From: Capsulimonadaceae bacterium
Lineage (GTDB): Bacteria; Armatimonadota; Armatimonadia; Armatimonadales; Capsulimonadaceae
Direction of reading: 5' to 3'
DNA length: 64,000 nucleotides
Assembly (NCBI GenBank): GCA_965215505.1
Contig: OZ244065.1
Span: forward strand, 64,001 to 128,000
Shown: positions 53,510 through 63,574 of the stretch, one piece after another
Layout of the letters: every line of letters starts with the position of its first letter
How positions within the stretch are numbered: the first letter of the stretch is position 1
The notes under the pieces: model-generated
What the model saw: the letters and a program-made list of their open reading frames with translations, nothing else
The model's database searches: none
What the model was told of the DNA's origin: nothing
Program-made: the position numbers and the translations under genes

Positions 53510-55060
53510 ATGCAGCACGAACAACAGAAATCACCGGCCTCGGACACGGCACTCCTGCGGCGGTTCGTGCGGCGGGGGAGGCAGGCGGCCTTCGCGGAGC
53601 TGGTCGCCCGGTACTCCGGCCTGGTCTACTCGACCTGCCTGCGCGACGTGCGCGACGCCGCCGTGGCCGAGGACGCCGCCCAGGCCGTCTTCCTACTCCT
53701 GGCGCGCAAAGCGCCGACGTTCGGCGCGGGGGCTTCCCTGGCCCCGTGGCTCTACCGGACCGCCCGGCTGGTGTCCCGGAACGCGGCCCAGCAGGAGGCG
53801 CGCGCCCGGCTCCGTGAGCAAAGGCTGGGGCAGCACATGGCGATTGAAGGGGTAGGAGGCGTCGCGGCGGATGATCCGTGGGAGCAGATCGAGCCGTTCC
53901 TCCACGCCGCCCTCGATGCCCTCGGGCGTCAGGACCGGGAGGCGGTCCTGCTGCGCTTCTTCGACGAACGCAGCCTGAAAGAGACCGGCCAGATGCTGGG
54001 GCTTTCGGAGGACGCCGCCCGGATGCGGGTTTCGCGGTCACTGGAGAAGATGCGGCATTACCTCGCGAAAGCAGGCGTCGTCCTGCCGGTGGCCATACTC
54101 GCGGGTCTGCTGACGGAGAAGGCGGTTCATGCCGCGCCCGCGTCACTCCAACAACTGATACTCCAATCCGCCTCCGGCCTCAATGCGCCCGCCGGTCCGG
54201 CATCTATCCTGCGCGCACACCAACTCGCACAAGGAGCTACGAAGACGATGTGGATCACTAAAGCGATTATTACTGGCCTCGTCGGGATCAGCACGACGGG
54301 CGGCCTCGTCGGCATCCTGCACGGCGGGCATCCGCGCCCTGCGATGGTGGCGCAGAACGCGCCCGTTCAGGCACCGCCAGTGGTCACGCCGGAGACGACG
54401 GCTTCAACGCCGCAGGCGATCATCGCCCAGGCCGGTGCCGCGACCGGCGCGCTGAAGTCGCTTCAGGCCGACCTGCACTGGACGCTCCGTGCCGGGCCGG
54501 GAGTGGGCAGGGTGGCGGAGAGCTTCACCCTTCAACGTCCCAATCTCGCGCGCCTCGACCCGGACCCGCAGGACAAGCATGCCGTAAGGACGCTGGTGGA
54601 TGGGACGTTCACCTGGCGCTATCGGCCCGACTCGCGCCTCTTTTCCAGGAACCGGGCGGCTGCGGATGGACGGGACATCGGGGAGAAGGGGCGCAGCGTG
54701 GACTCATTCGTCCGCTTCTTCTTCGCCCCCAGTCTGACGAGCCTGCGCGTCGAGCCGAGCGTGGGCGAACCCGCCCTGCGCTATGTCGGGGTGCAGACCT
54801 GGCACGGCAACCCCTATCAGGTGGTCGAGATCAAGCAGAAGGCACAGCAGTTCCAGGAGGTGGAAAACACGACTCTGGCCTTCTTCGGCGAGGATCACCT
54901 GTTGCACCGAGTCCTGCTCACGACCGTCTTCTCCGACGGCACGGAGAGCTACCTCGAGGCGTATCTTTCCAACCTCCGGACGAACGACACCTTCCCGGCG
55001 GGGACGTTCGTGCTGGTCCCGCCCCAAAACGCGGTGCAGGTGAACACCGTCAACCTCTAG
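53510..55060 (+). CDS. ECF sigma-70 factor fused to a TM helix and a LolA-like extracytoplasmic domain
   Basis: AFAELVARY, AEDAAQAVFLLLARKA, REAVLLRFF...SEDAARMRVSRSLEK; TM segment; LQRPNLAR...VDGTFTWRY...FVLVPP (LolA-like). Confidence 0.87.
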   Translation: MQHEQQKSPASDTALLRRFVRRGRQAAFAELVARYSGLVYSTCLRDVRDAAVAEDAAQAVFLLLARKAPTFGAGASLAPWLYRTARLVSRNAAQQEARARLREQRLGQHMAIEGVGGVAADDPWEQIEPFLHAALDALGRQDREAVLLRFFDERSLKETGQMLGLSEDAARMRVSRSLEKMRHYLAKAGVVLPVAILAGLLTEKAVHAAPASLQQLILQSASGLNAPAGPASILRAHQLAQGATKTMWITKAIITGLVGISTTGGLVGILHGGHPRPAMVAQNAPVQAPPVVTPETTASTPQAIIAQAGAATGALKSLQADLHWTLRAGPGVGRVAESFTLQRPNLARLDPDPQDKHAVRTLVDGTFTWRYRPDSRLFSRNRAAADGRDIGEKGRSVDSFVRFFFAPSLTSLRVEPSVGEPALRYVGVQTWHGNPYQVVEIKQKAQQFQEVENTTLAFFGEDHLLHRVLLTTVFSDGTESYLEAYLSNLRTNDTFPAGTFVLVPPQNAVQVNTVNL

Positions 55061-55082
55061 CAGAAGAGGGGCGAGCCAGAGC

Positions 55083-55113
55083 AAAGGCCACGGGTTTTCA
55101 CCCGTGGCCTTTT
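55083..55113. terminator. Bidirectional intrinsic terminator
   Basis: AAAGGCCACGGGT-TTTC-ACCCGTGGCCTTTT between convergent genes. Confidence 0.85.
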
Positions 55114-55140
55114 ATTGTTCAACCTGTCCGCGGCGGACTG

Positions 55141-56892
55141 CTATGCGCCGCCCTTGGGGGCGGGCGGCGCTTTGACGGCCTTCACCTTCTGGCCTTCGTG
55201 CAGGCTGTCGCTCGGGGTGGAGACGACCTGCTGGCCGGAGCGGATGCCCTGCGTGATCTCGATGGTCTGGCCGAAGTCGCGGCCCACCGTGACCGGCTGG
55301 AAGTGCAGCTTGCTGTCCTGGCCGACGAGGATGACCTGCGTGTTGCTGGCGTCGGTGACGAGGGCGGTGCCGGGGATCGTGACCGCGCCGCCGGGGTGCG
55401 GGACGCGCAGATGCACCTCGGCAAACATACCGGGCTTCAGAGCGCCGTTCGGGTTATTCAGCCGCACCTCGGTGACGAGGGTGCGTGAGGTGGCGTCGAA
55501 GGCACCGGCAGAGCGGGTGACGAGGCCCTTGAACTTCCGGCCCGCCATTTCGCGCACCGCCACATCCGCCTGCTGGCCGACGCCGACCACGCCGAGGTAG
55601 GTCTGCGGGACGTTCAGGTACAGCCGCAGGGTGCCGAGCTGGGCGATGGAAAACAGGCTGGAGTTCCCGCCGCCCCCGCTGCCGGAGGTCGAGCCGCCTA
55701 GGGTGCTGCCGCCGGCCGCGCTGCCCGAGGAGGCCGAACCCGCCTGGCCGCTGCCGACGCTGGAACTGTCGCCGCTCGGGCTGCCCGACGCCCCGATGAG
55801 CGCCCCGTTCTCGACGTTGCGGGCCGTGATGATGCCCGCGAACGGTGCGCGGACGCCCTGGAACCCTTGCAGGGTCGTAAAGCGTGCGACGTTCGCCTGG
55901 GCAGACCGGACGTTATCCTGGGCGGCAGTAATGGCCGCCCTCGCGGACCGGGCATTCGCCTGGGCCGCGCCGACGGCGGCCCGGCCCGCCTGGACTCCGG
56001 CGAGGTAAGCGGAGACGTTTGCCTGGCTCGAGCCGACGGCATCACGGTAGGCGCTGACGTTCGCCTCGGAGGCGCGCAGGGCGGAGGCCAGGGCGCGGAC
56101 ATTGGCGGTATTGGTCTGCTCGGAGGCGACCGCCTGGTCGGTGGTCTGCTGGTCGATCGCGCCCTCGGCCAGCAGGTTACGGTAGCGCTGGGCGGTGACG
56201 CGGGCGAGGTTCAGGTTGGCCTGCGCCTGTGCGAGCTGGGCGTCCTGCTGGGCGGCGGCCTCCTGGGCCTGGGCCAGTGCGGCGCGGGCGCGGGCGAGGT
56301 CCGTCCGCGCCTGCTCGAACTGCGCCTGGGCACGGGACAGGTTGGCCGCCCCCTGGGAGACGTTGGCCTGCTGCTGGCCCAGATTCGCCTGGGCCTGCGT
56401 GACGGCGGCCTGGGCCTGGGAGACCTGGGCGCGTGCCTGCGTGACTTGCTGGTCCAGATCGGGCGTCGCGATGGTCGCCAGCAGTTGTCCGGCCTTGACC
56501 TTGTCTCCGATGTCCGCGTAGTAGTGCTTAACGTAGCCGGAGGCACGGGCGACGATGGCGGTCTGCTGGACGGCCTGGATGTTGCCGGGCAGGGTCAGGT
56601 CGTCGAAGGCGGGCGGCGGCTGGACCGACACGGTGTTGACGGTCGGCGTGGCGTCCGCCTGCGTCTGGCTCTTGGCGTCCGCCTTGACCTGCTTGTTCCG
56701 GCCCAGGCGCGGCAGCACGGCGATCACGAAAATGATCCCGAAGATCACGGCGAGGATCGCCGCCAGCCGCCAGATGCGGCCCTTGTGGTCGTCCTTCTTT
56801 GCGCCGCCGTCCTGCTGCCTGGCCTCCTGCGGCTGGTCGTCCTGCTTCTGCTGGTCCGGCTCCGTGTCGGGTTTCTTGTATGTTGTGGCCAT
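55141..56892 (-). CDS. RND periplasmic adaptor (MFP) with extended coiled coil
   Basis: ARASGYV...DIGDKVKAGQLL, RAPFAGIITAR, LKPGMFA. Confidence 0.92.
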   Translation of the reverse strand: MATTYKKPDTEPDQQKQDDQPQEARQQDGGAKKDDHKGRIWRLAAILAVIFGIIFVIAVLPRLGRNKQVKADAKSQTQADATPTVNTVSVQPPPAFDDLTLPGNIQAVQQTAIVARASGYVKHYYADIGDKVKAGQLLATIATPDLDQQVTQARAQVSQAQAAVTQAQANLGQQQANVSQGAANLSRAQAQFEQARTDLARARAALAQAQEAAAQQDAQLAQAQANLNLARVTAQRYRNLLAEGAIDQQTTDQAVASEQTNTANVRALASALRASEANVSAYRDAVGSSQANVSAYLAGVQAGRAAVGAAQANARSARAAITAAQDNVRSAQANVARFTTLQGFQGVRAPFAGIITARNVENGALIGASGSPSGDSSSVGSGQAGSASSGSAAGGSTLGGSTSGSGGGGNSSLFSIAQLGTLRLYLNVPQTYLGVVGVGQQADVAVREMAGRKFKGLVTRSAGAFDATSRTLVTEVRLNNPNGALKPGMFAEVHLRVPHPGGAVTIPGTALVTDASNTQVILVGQDSKLHFQPVTVGRDFGQTIEITQGIRSGQQVVSTPSDSLHEGQKVKAVKAPPAPKGGA

Positions 56893-56917
56893 GTATTTGT
56901 TTCTTAACTAGCTGCGG

Positions 56918-59900
56918 TCACACAGGCTGGGCCTGCTCCTCTTCGGCGGGATGACGGCGCTTGGCGGGCCGCGTCTTCTTGTCGTCCTCATCGTCCTCGT
57001 CGTAGGACTTCACATCGCCACGGCGCAGGACGCTGTAGGAGATCGGGACGATGAACAGAGTCGTCAGGGTGGCGATCAGCAGGCCGCCGATGACGGCCCG
57101 GCCGAGAGGCGCGTTCTGCTCGCCGCCTTCGCCCAGAGCCAGCGCCATCGGGATCATGCCCAGGATCATCGCCAGGGCCGTCATCAGGACGGGCCGCAGG
57201 CGGGTGTACCCGGCATCAATGGCCGCCTCCATCGCGCTCAGGCCCTCCGCCCGGCGTTCGTTGGCGAAGGTCACGACCAGGACGCTGTTGGCGGTGGAAA
57301 CGCCGATGGTCATGATCGCGCCGGTCAGGGACGGCACGTTGAGCGTCGTCTGCGTCACGAACAGCATCCACAGGATGCCGGCCAGCGCGCCCGGCGCACC
57401 GGAGACGACGACGAGCGGGTCAAGCCAGGACTGGAAGTTGACGGCCAGCAGCAGGTAGACCAGCACGACCGCCCCGATCAGGCCCAGGGTCAGGCCGGTG
57501 AACGAGGTGTTCATGGACTCCACCTGGCCACGCACGGTAATCGTGCTGCCGTGCGGGAGCTTCTTATTCACGCTCTTGACCGCCTGGCCGATGTCCGAGG
57601 CGATGCCGCCCAGGTCGCGGTTCTGGGCGCTGGCGAAGATGTCATAGGTCGGCTGGATGTTGTAGTGGCTGATGACCAGGGCGTCCGTGCCGTGGCTCAG
57701 GGTCGCGAGGTTATTGAGCTGCTGTGGGGTCGCCTGTCCGGGCACGGAGATCGGCGTGTTCAGCAGGGCCTCGGGCGTGTCCAGCCGGTACTGCGGCGTC
57801 TGAACCGTGACGCCGTAGACGACGCCGTTCTGCTGGTTCAGGTAGAAGTTGGGCGAGGCGGTGCCCGTACCGGCCAGCGAAACCAGGAGGGCCTGCGAGA
57901 CGTCCCGCTGGGTCAGCCCGACCTGGGCGGCCCGGATGCGGTCCACGTCTATGTGCAGGGTGGGGGCATCGGTGATCTGCTGCAAGTGGACGTCGGCGGC
58001 ACCGGGGATGCCGGCGATCTTGGCCGTGAGCTGCTGCGCGACGGCGAGGTCGCCCGCCGCGTTGCGGTTCGGCCCGGACACCTTGACGTCAATGGGCGCG
58101 GGCAGCCCGAAGTTAAGGATCTGGTTGACGATGTCGGCGGGCTGGAAGAAGAACGTGTCGCCCGGAAACTGCTTCGGGAGCGTCCGGCGCAGGGCCTCGA
58201 CGTACTGCGCGGTCGGGTGGTGTTTGGACTTCAGCGTCACCAGTATCTCGCCGTCGGACGGTCCGACCGTGGCGCTGTCGCCGTAGGCGAGGTTGACGAA
58301 GACCGGCTCGCCGATGTTGTCCAGGACAAGCTCCGTCTCGCTGTCCGGGACGGTCTTGCGGATTTGGGCCTCCACCTGGCTGAAGACGCGGGCGGTCTCC
58401 TCCAGCCGCGTCGCGGGCGGGACGCGGACGTGGAGCCGGAACTGGCCGGCGTCCACCTGCGGGAAGAAGTCGCGCCCGATGAACGGGTACAGGCAGAACG
58501 AGAGGCCGCAGAAGACCAGGAACAGGACGCTCACCGCGACCCGGTGGTCCATCACCCAACTCAGCCGGTCCTTGTAGCCCTCGCGCATCCCTTCGAATCG
58601 CGTGTTGAAGGCCGCGTGGGTGCGCCAGACGATGCCCTTCTTCTGCTTCTCGACGGCCTTCTGCTCGTCGGTCTGCTCGGGCTTATGGCCGCTGCCGTTC
58701 TGCCCGTTCCCATTGCTGTGGCCGTTCGAGCCGTTGCCGTTGCGCCCGTTCATACGCGCCAGGCCGTCCTGGGCGTGCTTTCCGCGCGCCTGACCGTTCT
58801 TGCCGTTGCTGCCATTGACACCGTTGCCGCCGTTGTCCTGCCCGGCGTGTTCCTTGCCCTCCTCGGCGAACAGGGCGGTTTCCTTCGGCAGCAGGAACAT
58901 GGCGAACGTCGGCGTGACGGTCCGGGACAACAGGTAGGAGGCCAGCATGGCGAAGATGACCGCCTCAGCCAGCGGCAGGAACAGGGACTTGGCGACGCCC
59001 GACAGGAACGCCATCGGGATGAAGACGATGCAGATGGAGAGCGTGGACACCAGGGCGGGCAGGGCGATCTCCGCCGATCCTTCCAAGATGGCTTGGCGTA
59101 ATGACCGGCCCATGCCGAGGTAGCGGTTGATGTTCTCGATCGTCACCGTCGTGTCGTCCACGAGGATGCCGACGGCGAGTGCAAGCCCGCCCAACGTCGT
59201 CGTGTTCAGGGACTGCCCCAGGCAGTTCAGGACGGCGATGGAGGCCAGGATGGACAGGGGAATGGACACCGCGACGATCAAGGTGGAGCGCAGGCTGCCC
59301 AGGAACAGCAGGATCATCAGGGCCGTCAGGCAGGCGGCGATGGTCGCCTCGCGGATGACGCCCTGGACACTGGCCTTGACGAAGACGGACTGGTCGGCGA
59401 TGAGCTGGATCTTGAGCGCGTCGGGCAGCGTGGACTTGATGCGCGGCAGGGCCTCCCGGATGCGGTTCACGACGTCCAGCGTGGACGCTTTGCCGCTCTT
59501 GTTGATCTGAATCAGCACGGCGCGCTTGCCGTTCTGGTTGACGATGTTTTGCTGGATGCCGTAGCCGTCGCGGACGTGGGCGACGTCCTTGATCGTGATG
59601 ACTGCGCCGTTCACCTGTTTGATGGGGATGTCGTTAAACTGCTCGACGGCGTCCGGGCTGCTGTTGATGGAGACGTTGTAGTCGCGCGACCCGATCTTGG
59701 CGTCGCCCGAGGGCAGGACGAGGTTCTGCGCGCTGATGGCGTTGGACACGTCGGACGGCGACAGGCCGTAGGAGGTGAGCGCCTGCGGGTCGATGTCCAC
59801 GTTGATCAGGCGGCCCCGTCCGCCAAAGGGGAGGGGCACCTGCGCGCCCTGGACGGTCGCCATCTGGGTGCGGATGAAGTTGGTGCTGAGGTCGGAAAGC

Positions 59901-60358
59901 TGCTGCTCGGGCAGGGTGTCGCTGCTGACGGCGGCCTGGATGACCGGCACGTCGCTGGCATCGTAGCGCAGGATGTAGGGCGGCTGGGTTCCAGGCGGCA
60001 GGATGCGCTGGATGGTCTGCGAGGTCGCCACCGTCTGCGCGATGCCCTGGGCGATGTCCGCGCCGGGCTGGAAGTAGATGCGGATGACGCCGACGCCCGA
60101 GACGGACTGCGACTCGGTGTGTTCGATGTCGTTGACTGAGGTGGTGTAGGCGCGCTCGCTCTGGGTGACGAACCGCTTCTCCATGTCGTTGGGCGTGAAG
60201 CCGGGGTAGGACCAGATGACGGTCACGACCGGCAGATCAATGGCGGGGAACACGTCCGTCGCCATCGTCAGGATGCTGCCGACGCCCGCCAGCAGGATGA
60301 CCAGCGCGAGGACGGCGAATGTGTAGGGCTTGCTCAGAGCCAGCTTGACGATCCACAT
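56918..60358 (-). CDS. RND efflux permease (AcrB/AcrD/AcrF family)
   Basis: GGLALAVGILVDD, RLRPVLMT, PLGRAVIGGL. Confidence 0.95.
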   Translation of the reverse strand: MWIVKLALSKPYTFAVLALVILLAGVGSILTMATDVFPAIDLPVVTVIWSYPGFTPNDMEKRFVTQSERAYTTSVNDIEHTESQSVSGVGVIRIYFQPGADIAQGIAQTVATSQTIQRILPPGTQPPYILRYDASDVPVIQAAVSSDTLPEQQLSDLSTNFIRTQMATVQGAQVPLPFGGRGRLINVDIDPQALTSYGLSPSDVSNAISAQNLVLPSGDAKIGSRDYNVSINSSPDAVEQFNDIPIKQVNGAVITIKDVAHVRDGYGIQQNIVNQNGKRAVLIQINKSGKASTLDVVNRIREALPRIKSTLPDALKIQLIADQSVFVKASVQGVIREATIAACLTALMILLFLGSLRSTLIVAVSIPLSILASIAVLNCLGQSLNTTTLGGLALAVGILVDDTTVTIENINRYLGMGRSLRQAILEGSAEIALPALVSTLSICIVFIPMAFLSGVAKSLFLPLAEAVIFAMLASYLLSRTVTPTFAMFLLPKETALFAEEGKEHAGQDNGGNGVNGSNGKNGQARGKHAQDGLARMNGRNGNGSNGHSNGNGQNGSGHKPEQTDEQKAVEKQKKGIVWRTHAAFNTRFEGMREGYKDRLSWVMDHRVAVSVLFLVFCGLSFCLYPFIGRDFFPQVDAGQFRLHVRVPPATRLEETARVFSQVEAQIRKTVPDSETELVLDNIGEPVFVNLAYGDSATVGPSDGEILVTLKSKHHPTAQYVEALRRTLPKQFPGDTFFFQPADIVNQILNFGLPAPIDVKVSGPNRNAAGDLAVAQQLTAKIAGIPGAADVHLQQITDAPTLHIDVDRIRAAQVGLTQRDVSQALLVSLAGTGTASPNFYLNQQNGVVYGVTVQTPQYRLDTPEALLNTPISVPGQATPQQLNNLATLSHGTDALVISHYNIQPTYDIFASAQNRDLGGIASDIGQAVKSVNKKLPHGSTITVRGQVESMNTSFTGLTLGLIGAVVLVYLLLAVNFQSWLDPLVVVSGAPGALAGILWMLFVTQTTLNVPSLTGAIMTIGVSTANSVLVVTFANERRAEGLSAMEAAIDAGYTRLRPVLMTALAMILGMIPMALALGEGGEQNAPLGRAVIGGLLIATLTTLFIVPISYSVLRRGDVKSYDEDDEDDKKTRPAKRRHPAEEEQAQPV

Positions 60359-60364
60359 AGGGTC

Positions 60365-61219
60365 TTACTCGTTTCGGGTGGCCGCCTCCGGGGCACGGCG
60401 TAGGACAATCAAGGTGAAAGCGAACTCGATGTCGAGGCCTGGCAGGGTCTTCAATCCCGCCCGCGCCTCGTCGGACAGGTGCCAGAATGTCGGCGTCATC
60501 TGAATCAGCAATAAAACGTCTTCGGGCGGCAAAGCCCGTGTGTAGCGGATCGTCTCGCTATGACTTGGAACCAAGGCCCCTTGGAAATCCTCGGCGACCC
60601 GGCGGTCTTTGTCGCCGTCAATGTGTGGCAGGCCCAGAACATCATGCAGGGCGGCCAAGTGCCCTTCGGCGGGGACGACCACCAGCGCCAGGCCGCCGGG
60701 GCGGAGGAGCCGCGCGAACTCGGCCGGGTTTCGGGGCGCGAACACGTTCAGTATGACGTCCAGCGAGGCCGAGGCGAACGGCAGGCTCTGGTGAACGCTC
60801 GCCACCACAAAGCAACAGTCTTTGTGCCGCGCCGCCAGTCTTACGGACTCTTTAGAGATGTCCAGGCCGTACCCGTCCGTGCCGCCGGGTAAAGACTCCA
60901 CGAGGCGACGCAGATAATAGCCTTCGCCGCACCCAACATCTAAAATCCCCGCGCCCGCCGTTTCGTTCCCGGCGAGGGAGACGATGCGGTCGGAGAGCGG
61001 TTCATAGTAGCCTTTATCCAGAAAAGCCCGCCTCGAGGCCGCCATCCCCTTCGTGTCGCCTGGCGACCCGGACGCCTTCTGGTTGGCGAGAAGAAGGTTG
61101 ACGTAGCCTTCTTTGGCGATGTCATGGGAGTGGCCACGCCCGCAGCGGAACGCGCCGCCGACTTGGGCCAGCGGCTCCCGGCAGCGGGGACAGGTCAGCA
61201 GTGAAGGAGGGCGCGTCAA
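60365..61219 (-). CDS. rlmA: RlmA-type 23S rRNA (guanine-N1)-methyltransferase
   Basis: CPRC...CGRGHSHDIAKEGYVNLL, RRAFLDKGYY, LDVGCGEGYY, GLDISK, FAPRN, MTP. Confidence 0.88.
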   Translation of the reverse strand: MTRPPSLLTCPRCREPLAQVGGAFRCGRGHSHDIAKEGYVNLLLANQKASGSPGDTKGMAASRRAFLDKGYYEPLSDRIVSLAGNETAGAGILDVGCGEGYYLRRLVESLPGGTDGYGLDISKESVRLAARHKDCCFVVASVHQSLPFASASLDVILNVFAPRNPAEFARLLRPGGLALVVVPAEGHLAALHDVLGLPHIDGDKDRRVAEDFQGALVPSHSETIRYTRALPPEDVLLLIQMTPTFWHLSDEARAGLKTLPGLDIEFAFTLIVLRRAPEAATRNE

Positions 61220-63528
61220 CGGCCTCCCGTCGCGCGCACGAGTTGGGCCAGACCGGATTGATACAGGAACTGGGCGTTCGCTAGGTTCGTCCGCGTCTGC
61301 GCGAGTTGTGCCAGCGCGTTCAGCACATCCAGGAAGGTCCCCAAGCCGCCCTGATAGCGCAGATAGGCCAGCCGTACCGCCTCCTGCCCTTGGGCTACTC
61401 CCGCCTGGGCCGCCGCCACTTGGCCCTGCGCGCTGCGGATGTTTAAAGTCGCCTGCCGCACCTCCAGCGAGACGTTCAGCTTGACCTGGTCCAGCGTCAA
61501 GACCTGCGTGTCCACGTCCACCCGCGCGGACCGAATGCGCGACCGGGTCGCGCCGCCGTCGTCGAGCGGCACGGCGAGCTGGGCGGTCAGGCTGGCATAG
61601 GACTGTGGGGCGAGCTGCGAGGCGATGCTGGCCCGCTCGCCGCTGGCGACGATGCCCAAGGTAGGAAGGAGAGTCGAGCCGGCCAGCTTGACCAGGCGTT
61701 TCGCCTCGCTGATGTTGGCGATGGCCTGCCGGACCTCGGGGCGGCGGCCGATGGCCGTCTGAGTCGTCTGACGCAGGTTGACGGCCTGGTCCAGCGGCGG
61801 CAGCGGCGGCGTTTGCAACGTCAAAGGCTGGTCGGGGTCGGTGCCGATGAGGTAGCTGAGGTCCGCCTGGGCCAGCCCCGCCTGGTCCTGGGCGGCGATG
61901 AGCTGCTGCTGGGCGGTGGAAAGCGCGGTCTGGGCGGTCAGCACGTCGAAGCGCGAGACGATGCCCTGCCGCAGCCGCGCCTCGGTGATCCGGACGTTCT
62001 CCTGAGCAAAGCGCACCTGCTCTTCCTGCGTCGCGACCTGCTGCTGCGTTAAAAGCACGTTGAAGAAGAGGTTCTTGGCCGCCAGGGCGGTCTCGTTTTG
62101 CAGCCGCACGATGTCCAGGCTGTAGAAGTCCGCGACGTCCTTTTGGGCATCCCGCGCGGCGGGGAGTAGGCCGAAGAGGTCAATAAACTGGCTGGCGCTG
62201 ACGCGGGCCGCGTAGTTGTTGCGCTCGCCCCTGACGCCTGACGCCGCGCTCCCCGTGACCGGGCTTGTCGTACCCCCGCCGCTGCCGCCGGTCGTCGTGT
62301 CCTGTGGTTTCGCCCGCGCGTCCTCCTCCGCGTGTGCCGTAGCCGGCGCGGCGGAAGCCGTCTGTTCGCCAGGCCCAGCCGGCTCGCCCCCCAGGCTGGT
62401 CAGATAGCCCGCGAGGATGGACGGCAGGCTCGCGCCCTGCCCGGTCGCGCCAGTCCCCGTGCCGCCGGGAGCGCCGCCCGCTGGGGGTCCATTATTGGGG
62501 GTCGGCGCGGTGCCTCCCGGTGCGCCCGCGCCGCCTGCGGGCGCTGCCGGGGTCGCCGGCGCTGCCGGGGTCGCCGGCGTACCGCCGGGCGCTGCCGGTG
62601 TCGCGGGCGTTGTCCCTCCGGGCGTGGCCGGGCCTCCTGGAGTGGTCGGGCCGCCGTTTGTGCCTCCCGGCGCGGCTGTCCCGCCGCTCCCCGGAGCGCC
62701 GCCCACGGGAGTCGGCGGCGTCGCGCCGGGGCTGCCCGTGCCGCCGGGCGCGACGGTGCTGCCGGGGGCAGTCCCGCCCGGCGTTCCTGCGCCATTGCCT
62801 GCCCCAACGCCGTTCCCCGCTCCGGCACCGGGAGTGCCCGTCGCGGGGTTGGCGACAGGCCCGCCGACGCCGGGCGTCGCGCCCAGGCTGGTCGTCGTCG
62901 GCGCGAAGCCGCTGGCGGGCGCGTTGCCGCCCCCGCCGCCGCCGATGAAGGAGGTCGAGAAGCCGTTGCCCTGGTCTACCACGACCGGGATCTGGCCGCC
63001 GCCGGGCAGCGTAGGGTTTGTGATCGTCGGGTTGGGCAGGGTGGGGGCAAAGGCGGGGTAGCTGGTGTAGGTGTCGGCGGCGTCGGCGCGGAACTGCGGC
63101 CGGCCCTGGGCGTTGACCTGGACGATCAACTCCTGCGCCTTCTGGAGCCGCTGGCGAGCCGTGACAAGGCCGGAGTTGCCTCCGACCGCGCGGGCCACCA
63201 CGTCGGCCAGCGTCAGGGGGCGGTTCGGGACGGCGGCCCCAAGGCCGCCGCCAACGCCGGGTGCGGGGGAGTTCGCGCCCGGCGCATTGCTGCCGGGGGC
63301 GGCCCCGCCGGCCGCGCCGGTCCCCGGCCCGCCCGTTGCGGGTGCCTGCGCCGTGGCAGGAGGCAGGAAAGCCAGAGCAGGAAGGAGGGCAAAAAGCGTT
63401 GACGCCGGGAGAGCGCGGCGGGAACGGGTCATAAAAAGCATTTCTATTCGTATGGTGGTGCGATCAGGATTTGGGTGCGAGAAAAGAGGCAGCACAGCCG
63501 TCTTTGGAGCGGCCTTCGGTGCTTGCAC
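61216..63528 (-). CDS. TolC family outer-membrane factor with a very long Gly/Pro/Ala/Thr insertion
   Basis: LTLADVVARA, RRPEVRQA, RYQGGLGTFLDVLNA; the start may be at one of the later Met codons. Confidence 0.85.
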   Translation of the reverse strand: MQAPKAAPKTAVLPLFSHPNPDRTTIRIEMLFMTRSRRALPASTLFALLPALAFLPPATAQAPATGGPGTGAAGGAAPGSNAPGANSPAPGVGGGLGAAVPNRPLTLADVVARAVGGNSGLVTARQRLQKAQELIVQVNAQGRPQFRADAADTYTSYPAFAPTLPNPTITNPTLPGGGQIPVVVDQGNGFSTSFIGGGGGGNAPASGFAPTTTSLGATPGVGGPVANPATGTPGAGAGNGVGAGNGAGTPGGTAPGSTVAPGGTGSPGATPPTPVGGAPGSGGTAAPGGTNGGPTTPGGPATPGGTTPATPAAPGGTPATPAAPATPAAPAGGAGAPGGTAPTPNNGPPAGGAPGGTGTGATGQGASLPSILAGYLTSLGGEPAGPGEQTASAAPATAHAEEDARAKPQDTTTGGSGGGTTSPVTGSAASGVRGERNNYAARVSASQFIDLFGLLPAARDAQKDVADFYSLDIVRLQNETALAAKNLFFNVLLTQQQVATQEEQVRFAQENVRITEARLRQGIVSRFDVLTAQTALSTAQQQLIAAQDQAGLAQADLSYLIGTDPDQPLTLQTPPLPPLDQAVNLRQTTQTAIGRRPEVRQAIANISEAKRLVKLAGSTLLPTLGIVASGERASIASQLAPQSYASLTAQLAVPLDDGGATRSRIRSARVDVDTQVLTLDQVKLNVSLEVRQATLNIRSAQGQVAAAQAGVAQGQEAVRLAYLRYQGGLGTFLDVLNALAQLAQTRTNLANAQFLYQSGLAQLVRATGGR

Positions 63529-63574
63529 ATGTTACTATACCCGCCGACGCCGTGATTCATTCCCGAGGCGCGTG

